A stretch of 64,000 nt of DNA from contig NW_013657652.1 of the NCBI RefSeq assembly GCF_000142905.1, forward strand, positions 1 through 64,000, given 5' to 3'. Positions 53,025 to 61,719 of this stretch are shown piece after piece. This DNA is from Thecamonas trahens ATCC 50062. Taxonomy: Eukaryota > Protista > Apusomonadida. The notes below the pieces were generated by a model, which saw only the letters and a list, made by a program, of their open reading frames with translations, was not told the DNA's origin and searched no databases. The position numbers were made by a program, and so were the translations under genes. Numbering within the stretch: the stretch's first letter is position 1; each line of letters starts with the position of its first letter.

Positions 53025-54178
53025 ATGTACGCACCATTCCTTCTTCCTCTTCCCTCTTTCCCTGTCCCCCTGCCTCCCTGCCAACCCCCCCCCCCCCCCC
53101 TCCCTCCCTCCCCTCCTTCGGGGATGAGCTCCTGCTCACAGAGACACCTCGTCACAGGCGCGGCGCATCGGAGATTCCAAACATCTCCATTCGGTACGGA
53201 TCGGCTACCTTTGACAAAAAACACAAGAAGAAGAACAAGCACGGTGATGATCACCACTTTACCTCCAAGACTGCAAAGGCCTTTGGCGTCTTTGACGGCG
53301 TCTCGTCATCGAATCGGAGGTATGGCAAGGGCGCTGCACATCGCGCCGCTGCTACGCTCTGCTCGTCTGCTTGGGCGTATGCCAAGCGCTGCGCAGAGCT
53401 GCGCTCGCCGGTCGAGCCGGATCAGGCCATCATCTACGGCCATGGGCAGCTCTCGCGGCCCGGCTCGTCCACCGCTACTGTCGGCGCCTTCAGGCTCCCC
53501 GACACACGCCGCGCTCGGGCCAAGCTAGTTGTTGCCTCGGTCGGCGACTCGAGGTGCATTGTCTTTCGCCCGCAGCTCGCTCGCAAGCACCACCTTGACC
53601 AAGCTGAGGCCTCCCGTCGCGCTGACCCAGTCCACCCCGCCGCCGCTGCCTCATCATCCCGCTCGCGCTCGCGCTCTCGCTCGCCGGTCGACGATTCAGA
53701 AACCTCGCCGTCGTCGTCGGGCACCGGCGCCTCCTCGCCCCTTTCGTCCGGCTCGGGCTCGGACACCGACACCTCGTACACGTCAGACACATCCGACAAC
53801 GACGGCAGCTACTCGTCATCATCGTCGTCGTCGTCATCATCCTCCTCTCACGCAGCACCCGTCCCGGGCATTGTCTTCCGCTCGCGGATCTCGCGCCACA
53901 ATGGTCGCGTCGACAAGCCATACACCGTCTCTATCAAATCCGATGTCTGCGACCGCATCAAGCTCTCCTCGGTCCACATCCGCCACGGCGACATCGTTGT
54001 AGTCGGCTCTGACGGGCTCTTTGACAATGTCTCACTCGCTATTCTCGCGCGGACCCTCCTCTCCAACGAGTCTCGCTCCCCGGCCACCATTGCTAACGTA
54101 CTGGCCGAAATGGCGCTCGCTGGCGACAAGACCGACGACATCACCGTCCTTATTGGTAAGGTCCGCAAGACTAACTAG
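53025..54178 (+). CDS. PP2C-family phosphatase, PTC7-like; probable intron 53027-53157, start uncertain
   Basis: FGVFDGVSS, GSSTATV, ASVGDS, GDIVVVGSDGLFDN, KTDDITV; Ser-rich insertion. Confidence 0.88.
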
Positions 54179-54196
54179 GCATTTCAATCCTGCCGC

Positions 54197-56236
54197 TCAT
54201 GTGAGGGTGTCGAGCGCGTCAAAGAGCTTCCACGGCATATGGTCAAGGAACATCGTCTTGCCCGCAAGCACCTTGTCCAGCGCCGCCGGGTCGACGTACC
54301 CGTAATCGTACTCGCCCTTGTTCGCAGCGGCCAGGACTTGTAACACACGTCCGGGTGGGTACAGCGCGCTGCCAAGGCCCTCCAGGTCGGCGTCGTCCAT
54401 GCCAGGTAGGAGCGTAGCCGCCGCGGCTCTCGGCCGCACAATCGGTACCGGTCGCTGCATCGGCCGCACCGAGAGCAGTGCCTCGCTCTCGTTGACCAGC
54501 CCTGGCCGCGCCACACCCTCGCGCATCGACGACGACAGCGGCGCACATCCGCACAGCAGTGCGTGCTTGTTCGCCGTCTCCCGCCGGAGCGCATGCATCA
54601 CATTCTCGCGCAGCTCAAAGGTGTTTCGCACGGAAAGCCGCGGCACAAGGTCGTACCCGCGGAGCGCAGTGACGGTAAATGGCGCGCACGCCCGCGCGAG
54701 CTCCAGCGTCATCACCGCCGGACACGCGTACGCAAAGCATCGCACCCGCGCCCCAAACTCCGCCCGCATCCGGAGCGTGAGAAGCGCCGCAGTCCCGGCG
54801 CCGAGCGAGTGCCCAACAACCACCATCGAGCCAACCTCGCCAAACTCGGCCAGCGCGGCACGGATGGTATCTCCCAGCCCGGCCACATGCTCCATCACGT
54901 CCGAGTACACCCACGCCGCTGCACGCAGTATGCCGTCATGCGCCAGGCCCGGAACCGGCGGCGCAAACGCTTCCGGCACAGCCACCGCGCTCGCCACCGC
55001 GTCCGTGAGTGTGTCCTCCATCGAGAGCGTGCCGCGGATGGCAATGACCACCGTTGACCGCGCCCTGTCCACCGCCACAAAGTACGCCGGCTGAAAGACC
55101 GCGTTGCGGTAGTTGGCGTGCAGCAGCTCCGCAGATGCCGCAATCAAAGGTGGGAGGCTCGCATGTAGCGCCCCGATGTTGTACCCACAGCAGTTGTCGC
55201 CTTCCACGCCATGCGCAAACTGTTTCGCCTCGCGGCGCCCCGAGCACATGCACGCACACTGGCAGAACGGCCCGTGGCAGCACCCACAGCACTTGGTCAT
55301 CCGCTCGAGCGTGTACAGCGGCCACCCGTAGCTCGCGTTCGAGTACCGCCCAAAGTACGCCGCAGCCTCAAGCGAGAGCTCGGCCTCGGGCGGCGGGCCG
55401 TTGAGCGCATCCGCATCATTGGCGAGGTACGCCGGATTCGACGTCAACACGTCAATCCCGTTCGACCGCTGGTCCCGCGCCAGCGCGACCAGCCCGGCAG
55501 CCACATCAGACGGCACCACGTCATGATCGCCGCCCGAGAAAAGCTTGAGCAGGACAAGGGACGACGTGCCGTAGAGATCCGGCTCGTAGCCCTCCTTTCC
55601 GCGCGCAATGCATGCCATGCACTTGAGCCGCCGCTCCCACCGCTTGCGGTACGAGTCTACACTCAGCCCGCCTGCTCTCCGCCCGCCCATCGACACGTAC
55701 ACGCACGAGGTAAAGCAGAGTGAGAGGAGTAGCACAACCCAGAGCAGTACCATCGTTCCCTGGAGCTGCGCCACCAGCGACGGCTTGATCTGCTCACACT
55801 GCAACACACGCGTGCCCCACACAAGAAACGAGCCAATGCCCGCCGATCCCATCTCCAGCACAAACACGCCGGCCTTCATGACCAAGACGGGCGGGACGGC
55901 TCCCCGCGCATTGTGTGGATCGAGCACAGAGCCCTTGCATGCCAGCCTCGCGGCAAACAACGATAAGGCCATCGAGATTGCAAACAGCGCCAGCGATGCC
56001 ACTATCCACGCTTCCAGCAGCTCCCACGGTGTCACCGAACGCCCACCAGCACCCGACGACGTGCAGTGCGTCCGCATGGCTCGCGTCGTCGCCGACGGCG
56101 CCACCAGCAGGACATGGCATAGCACGGCCAACGGCACCACGCACACAACACGCAGCAGTGCAGAGATCATCGACGGATACAACACGTCGTCGCTCGAGAA
56201 CGGCCACCGCCTTCCGCATGCTCTCACCCCAGGCAT
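54197..56236 (-). CDS. DAGL: sn-1 diacylglycerol lipase (DAGL alpha/beta-like)
   Basis: N-terminus MPGVRACGRRWPFSSDD, four TM segments, WERRL, DVVPSDVAAGL, IAIRGTLS..D.LTD, AHDGI, VGHSLGAG, DLVPRL, LYPPGR, MFLDHMP. Confidence 0.95.
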   Translation of the reverse strand: MPGVRACGRRWPFSSDDVLYPSMISALLRVVCVVPLAVLCHVLLVAPSATTRAMRTHCTSSGAGGRSVTPWELLEAWIVASLALFAISMALSLFAARLACKGSVLDPHNARGAVPPVLVMKAGVFVLEMGSAGIGSFLVWGTRVLQCEQIKPSLVAQLQGTMVLLWVVLLLSLCFTSCVYVSMGGRRAGGLSVDSYRKRWERRLKCMACIARGKEGYEPDLYGTSSLVLLKLFSGGDHDVVPSDVAAGLVALARDQRSNGIDVLTSNPAYLANDADALNGPPPEAELSLEAAAYFGRYSNASYGWPLYTLERMTKCCGCCHGPFCQCACMCSGRREAKQFAHGVEGDNCCGYNIGALHASLPPLIAASAELLHANYRNAVFQPAYFVAVDRARSTVVIAIRGTLSMEDTLTDAVASAVAVPEAFAPPVPGLAHDGILRAAAWVYSDVMEHVAGLGDTIRAALAEFGEVGSMVVVGHSLGAGTAALLTLRMRAEFGARVRCFAYACPAVMTLELARACAPFTVTALRGYDLVPRLSVRNTFELRENVMHALRRETANKHALLCGCAPLSSSMREGVARPGLVNESEALLSVRPMQRPVPIVRPRAAAATLLPGMDDADLEGLGSALYPPGRVLQVLAAANKGEYDYGYVDPAALDKVLAGKTMFLDHMPWKLFDALDTLT

Positions 56237-56667
56237 TCGCCACCTGTCCCCTTCCACGCGTCGAGTATGCCAGCACCACAAACGCCTCCTCCCCTTTCCC
56301 GCCGACTCGGAACCCAGACTCCATGAGGAGCACGTTTTTCACGGCAGCGTCTGTTGGGCACCAAAGAAAATATTTACTCCTCTCCCCCACGCGCCCAGGC
56401 TCTCTTCCTCCTTTGACAGCCTCTTCCCCCCCGCCCCACTCCCCGTCACCCTAACACCCCATTGCTTCCAACAGCCCACCATCCCGCCACATCTGCATAC
56501 CCTGCGTCGGTCATGTGTAGCTCGGCACTTACCCGGTACATACCCCCATATTTTGTGCAATCCACCCCCCACCACCTACCTTGCCCCACCGCCCAAATTC
56601 ACCCACTTCTTTGCACAAGCCGTCCGCAAGGCTACGCCTTGGCACCCCACTCCCGGCCAGACCAGCT

Positions 56668-57689
56668 ATGAAGTCGCCGTTCCGGTGGCTGAGCGAGCCT
56701 ATGGATAGAGTGCTATTTGCAATCGCGGTCTTGGCCTTTGTGACCGTCAACGTGGTCACGCTCTCGTTCTCGCTCCAGCGCATGGTCGACGCACGAGAGT
56801 CGCCTGCCACAGCTGCCACGGTTCGGCGACGGACCACGGCACCGCTGCTCGATCTGCTGATCTGCTCGCCCGATGTCCTCTCGCCCATGCTCATTTCCTC
56901 GCTCCTCTGTGAAACATTCACCACACGCGTCGTCGAGGCCGCCAACGCAGGCACGCCGCCGGAGCAGTTGCTGACTTCTACAACTCGACCATCGTCCCGT
57001 GCAACGCGAGGCCGTTTACCCTCGCAGGCTTCTCTTGCGCGCTCATCGAGCCGCCAGGCGTCCTAGTCGACGACGATACTCTGTATGCGTTCTCGATCAT
57101 GGGTCAAACGGTGACATGTGCCGCCAATGCGACGTTCTGCGGCGTGACCGAGGTGTACGGCCTCTTTACCCTCCGCGGCCGCTCCTCGGAGCTCGCCAAC
57201 ATCCGGCCGTCGCTCAACTCGATCGCCGCCATCCAATCGGTGGCTATTCCGTCAACTGGTATGGCTTTTCTTTCGCTAGGCATCCGCACTCATCGCGACC
57301 TCAAAGGCCGCGAGACAACCACATTTCCTCTCACCGCGCGAACGGTGCGGCCGTTTGGCGTTGACCGCAATCCCCAAAAGGCCATCTACGGTCTCCGCGG
57401 CGTCTCGTTTGCCATCGAGCTCAACGCCTTTTCATTTGACCTTGAGGAATCGCTCATCACCGAAGTAGTCACCTACGGCGCGCTCGATGTCTTTGCCACC
57501 GTCGCCGCCATTTTCTCTCTCACCCTCTCGTCGCTCGTCTGTCTCTTTCCCCACAACCCGACGCTCCCGATTCACTTTCGGTTCGGCCAGCACGGCAAGA
57601 AGCGCAACCTCGAGCTCGTCGTTTCGGACAAGCCGAAAGAGCTTGCAGGTGAATGTGGCGGCGGCGACGTCGCGCTTGCTGCGCTCTAG
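56668..57689 (+). CDS. Two-TM protein with beta-rich extracellular loop (PAC/TMEM206- or DEG/ENaC-like topology), -1 frame break near 56950-56970
   Basis: TM1 VLFAIAVLAFVTVNVVTLSFSL followed by ESPAT...PLLDLLICSP. The second frame continues VADFYNSTIVPCNARPFTLAGFSCAL... to TM2 YGALDVFATVAAIFSLTLSSLVCLF. N-glycosylation sequons NST and NAT. Confidence 0.7.
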
Positions 57690-57703
57690 CCGCCCCACTC
57701 AAC

Positions 57704-60637
57704 TCACACTGCAGAGTTCTTGCGCACATTGGATGGAACATACCCGTAGTGGAACTTGCGGTGCAGATCCGGCGGAAGGACTCGCTGGTTGATGATGCAC
57801 TGGATGACGTACTCAAACGAGACAAGCGCAATGCCTGCCAGCCGTGTCGCTTCAACCAGCGCCGCCTCGGGCCGGATATCCGTCACGACCCAGGCGACCG
57901 ACTCGAACGCCTTTGCCACGTCAACCTGACCAGCATCGAGCATAACTTGCCCCTCGGCCTTGGCAGTGGTCTCAACCTTTGTCGACGCTGGCACTTTCGA
58001 CACGGCGGCGAGCGGCTCGTCGTCCTTGGACGCCGAGCTCCTGCGAGCGCGCAGCCGGCGCGACGAGCGTGACGTCGACGATCCCGTTTCCGCCTCACTG
58101 CTGGCGGCAGCGCCCGGCTGCGACGGCGAGATTGTGAGAGCAGCTGCTGCTGCAGAGGAAGCGGCAGCCTTGGCACTGAGCGCCTGGCGGACTTTGTCAA
58201 GCATGGCGTGGATCTGCTTGCGGCCGGCCGGACTCGGCAGCGCGCCGCCAGCGCTGCGGATGACGTGCTCCCAGAATGTGATAAACTTGGGCGATCCGTG
58301 GACGGCAACTTGCAGGCCACGGAAAACCCTGTGCTGGAGGGCAAGGACGTTGGCGGCTGACTCGGTCTTGGTCACCAGCGAGTAGCCCGAGGCAATGGTG
58401 TACGAGCCGAGCGGGAGGAGTTCTCCAGCTCCGGCCGAGTCAAGGATCCAGCGATAGTGGACAGTCGGGGTGCCGACGGCAAGCGCAATGAGGTACTTGT
58501 GGGTCCGCCGCGGGCGGTCCGACACAACAACGAGCCCGGTCCGGGCCACCGACCGAGGGTCTGCGTCTGACTCGGGTGGCGCGTTGACGACCGAGTCCGG
58601 GAACGACGACGCCAGCCGCCCACCGTTGCCCTTGATCGCGGCCACGACCGAGGCCTTAGTCTCGACCGCAGACACGTCGTCGAGACCGGTGACCAGGCAG
58701 GTGAAGCCACCGAGGATGCCCGCCGGGCGCTCGGCCTCGGTGCTTGCGGCGCGCTTGGTAGACTTGCGCTTTTTGGCCGCCGGTGCGTCACTCGCCGGGC
58801 CCTTGCCCGCGCTCGGCGATCGCTTGCGCTTGCTGTTGCTTCCGCTCGACTTGGGCTTGCGGCCTGAGGCGTAGATGCGGTTGCCGTTGGCATCGAGTGG
58901 CGGGAGTGCGTTGTGAGTGAGTGTGTGCGCGTAGCAGGCATTGCAGATCGGCGACGCGCCGAGCTTGTTCCGCCGCCACTGCGAGGTCTTGGTCGCCCGA
59001 CAATGAGCGCAGCTCTGCGCAGGCGACTCGGTCTCGGCCTCGGACGATCGCGCCCGCGCCCGCGCCCGCACCGGTGCAGTCGTCGACGACGACCGTTTGC
59101 GCCGCGAGCTGACCACCTTGGAACGCGAGCGTCCGCCTCGCGAGCTGACCGGTGGCGGTGTGGCAGTGAGCGCGCGCCCGGTCTCGAGTGACCGGCGGCG
59201 CGGACGCGACGACGGGCTCCCACCCGACTCGAGCGCCATCGCGGCAGAGGCTTCCAGCAGCGCAAGGCCAAGATGGGCTGAAGGCGACGGAGACGGCGAC
59301 GGCCGTCGCCGTTCGCGCGGCGGAGGAATGAACCGAAAGTTGGACGGAGACGCCCGTGCCTCCCCGGCGACCACGACTTGCATGGGCGAGCCTGCGCGCG
59401 CCCGCCTGGTGTCGAGATGTGCCGCCGCCGACGCGCCGAGCGAGACAACCGGCGACGGCGATGGCTGCCGCGCGGCGAGGACCGCCAAAGATTCAAGCGC
59501 CGATGCCGCCGACGCCACCGACTTGGTCGGCGTCTCAAACGACGAGCCGCTGCCGGGATGCCGCGGCGGCGTCTGCAAAAGCGTCGCCGGCGTTGCCTGT
59601 GTCGTCTGCGTCGCCAGCGACCCTTCCTTGCCTGATCCAGATGCAAGCGGCGCGCCCGGGAGGGTTGCGTCGTCATCGTCCGAGCCGATGTCGACCGGCG
59701 ACCGCTGCGCGTGGCCCGGCGCTGCGAGTGTCCGGGCCGTGCCGGCCAGCTCTGCAGCCTGCGCAGGACTCAGCGTCGTGTGCGAGGCGGCGAGCGCGCC
59801 CTGAAGATGGGCGATGGCTGCGGAGTTGGGGCGCTGGCTTGCCACATCTGCCGCAGCCTCCTTACTCGGCTCACCGCTTGCCGGCTCTGCTGAAGCTACA
59901 GCGAGCGAGAACGAGTCCTGCGAGAACGAGTCCTGCGACGGCGGCACGCCGTGCGACGTCTCGCCCCATGTCAACTGCGAGCCCGAGCCTGCGGCCGAGG
60001 TCGAGAACACAACGGCGCCAAACTTGGACTCTTCACTCGAAGCGTCCTTGCCGCTCTCTGGATGCGGGGTGAGCTCAAGCGGCGAGGTCTGCGGCGATGC
60101 CGTCTCGCGCGGTGACGCGGTCTCGCCCGCCGTATGGCGGGTGCGGGCGGCAACACTCGGCGGCGATGCCGACGACGGGATGACCGTGGAGCGGCTGGCC
60201 GGCAGGACGTCCGACGCGCGCTTGAGGACGGATTTTCGCGCGCCAGGGGCTGCAGTGGTTGGCTGGGTCTCCTGAGTCTCATCCGCCATGCCAATCTGGG
60301 TCTCGTCGTCGTCAGAGCTCTCCTCCTGCGTCGGCTCCACGCCGCGCAAAGGAACGCTCCCAGTCGGGGCCGAGGCGTCGAGATCGAGAACGAGCCGTGG
60401 CGCACCCGCAGCACGCGCCAGCTCTGAACCAAACAGCGGCTGCGAGTTGACCGACGCCGCCGACGCAACTTCGTCGGCGGCAGCCACGTTCATCGGCACA
60501 GCTTCGGTCCGCCGAGCTGACGGCGAGACGCCGAGTACCGGTGGTGCCGGCAGTTGATTCGACGACGCACCCGAGGTCGAGTCAGTTGCCTGCGATGTTG
60601 CTGAGAGGCCTGTTAGGCCCCCATTTGGTAAGTCCAT
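57704..60637 (-). CDS. 53BP1/Crb2/Rad9-like tandem-BRCT protein with GATA-type zinc finger
   Basis: S/TQ-rich disordered N-terminus; CAHCRATKTSQWRR...ICNAC; BRCT1 VVSDRPRRTHKYLIALAVGTPTVHYRWILDS...Y.IASGYS; BRCT2 FWEHVIRSAGG...WVVTD...VSFEYVIQCII. Confidence 0.88.
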   Translation of the reverse strand: MDLPNGGLTGLSATSQATDSTSGASSNQLPAPPVLGVSPSARRTEAVPMNVAAADEVASAASVNSQPLFGSELARAAGAPRLVLDLDASAPTGSVPLRGVEPTQEESSDDDETQIGMADETQETQPTTAAPGARKSVLKRASDVLPASRSTVIPSSASPPSVAARTRHTAGETASPRETASPQTSPLELTPHPESGKDASSEESKFGAVVFSTSAAGSGSQLTWGETSHGVPPSQDSFSQDSFSLAVASAEPASGEPSKEAAADVASQRPNSAAIAHLQGALAASHTTLSPAQAAELAGTARTLAAPGHAQRSPVDIGSDDDDATLPGAPLASGSGKEGSLATQTTQATPATLLQTPPRHPGSGSSFETPTKSVASAASALESLAVLAARQPSPSPVVSLGASAAAHLDTRRARAGSPMQVVVAGEARASPSNFRFIPPPRERRRPSPSPSPSAHLGLALLEASAAMALESGGSPSSRPRRRSLETGRALTATPPPVSSRGGRSRSKVVSSRRKRSSSTTAPVRARARARSSEAETESPAQSCAHCRATKTSQWRRNKLGASPICNACYAHTLTHNALPPLDANGNRIYASGRKPKSSGSNSKRKRSPSAGKGPASDAPAAKKRKSTKRAASTEAERPAGILGGFTCLVTGLDDVSAVETKASVVAAIKGNGGRLASSFPDSVVNAPPESDADPRSVARTGLVVVSDRPRRTHKYLIALAVGTPTVHYRWILDSAGAGELLPLGSYTIASGYSLVTKTESAANVLALQHRVFRGLQVAVHGSPKFITFWEHVIRSAGGALPSPAGRKQIHAMLDKVRQALSAKAAASSAAAAALTISPSQPGAAASSEAETGSSTSRSSRRLRARRSSASKDDEPLAAVSKVPASTKVETTAKAEGQVMLDAGQVDVAKAFESVAWVVTDIRPEAALVEATRLAGIALVSFEYVIQCIINQRVLPPDLHRKFHYGYVPSNVRKNSAV

Positions 60638-60810
60638 AGCCAAGACAAGGTCAGGCCGACGACAAGTGCCCGATCAGGTGTGGCGCGTGTGTCCTTGGCC
60701 GAGTCGCGAGAACAAGCCTGTGAGGACCGGAATGCGCGGCGGATTCGAGCGTGCACGGGATGCGTAAGCGACGCTGTGCAAAGCTTAGAATCAAAAGTGT
60801 GCCACGCGCA

Positions 60811-60871
60811 GGACCGAGAGCGTGTGCGGTACGGGATCGAGAGCGTGCGCGGTACGGGATCGAGAGCGTGC
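60811..60871. repeat. Minisatellite, 23-bp unit GGGATCGAGAGCGTGCGCGGTAC, ~2.5 copies
   Basis: Directly visible tandem units. Confidence 0.85.
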
Positions 60872-61375
60872 CGTGGATGCGATGCGATGCGAGCAGACGA
60901 TCCGGCGAGCGTTCAATCAAACAAACCAAAGAGAGGGCAAGGAGACAGCGACCGGACGAGCAGAAGCAGGTGTAGAGGAGCAGATGTAGAGACACAAGGC
61001 TGATAACAGATTGAGGAATGTGTAGATGAAGGTATCAGGATTGTGGCTATATCTCCCTCGTGGATCTCCCGTCCACCAGAGTAGTGTTACCGACCACGTG
61101 GCTCTCTCTCGCTCTCTCTCTCTCTCGCCAACCATCCATCCATCCATCCATCCATCACTCGCACGCCCTCTATGGCCCATCGGGTGGGAGGGTATGGAGA
61201 TCGCGGACATTTGATGCATTCAAAGAGTGCCGAATGAGGTAAAAACATCATGGGGTAGAACATATGATCAAGTAGGGATGGTGGTAGAATTACAATATCA
61301 GACTTGATCGCCATAATGAGCAACAGAACCTGTGTGGTTGGTAGCGCTTGCCGCTCAGCCAGCGAACCAGCGAAC

Positions 61376-61445
61376 GATCGATCGAACGAGTGAATGATCG
61401 ATCGAACGAGTGAATGATCGATCGAACGAGTGAATGATCGATCGA
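61376..61445. repeat. Minisatellite, 20-bp unit GATCGATCGAACGAGTGAAT, 3.5 perfect copies
   Basis: Directly visible tandem units. Confidence 0.95.
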
Positions 61446-61719
61446 ACGAGTGAATGATCGATCGATCAACCGATTGAGCAAACAAGGTCGTCAGGCGCTG
61501 TGTGGCAGCTTTGCCCGCTTTGCCCCAAAGCTGTGTCAACCTGCCGCACTTGTGGTGTGGGAGTCGGTCACTCCGCACCCACCCACCCACACACACACAC
61601 ATACACATACACATACACACATACACATAAAACACTCCACCCCACCCAACCCTCACTCAACCTCAACCCCAACCCAACCCAACCCCCCCCCCCCCCCCAA
61701 CACACACACACACGTACCT

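Noticed and set aside
61376-61445. Possible CRISPR array or iterons
   Set aside because: Perfect head-to-tail 20-mers with no spacers; an ordinary minisatellite.
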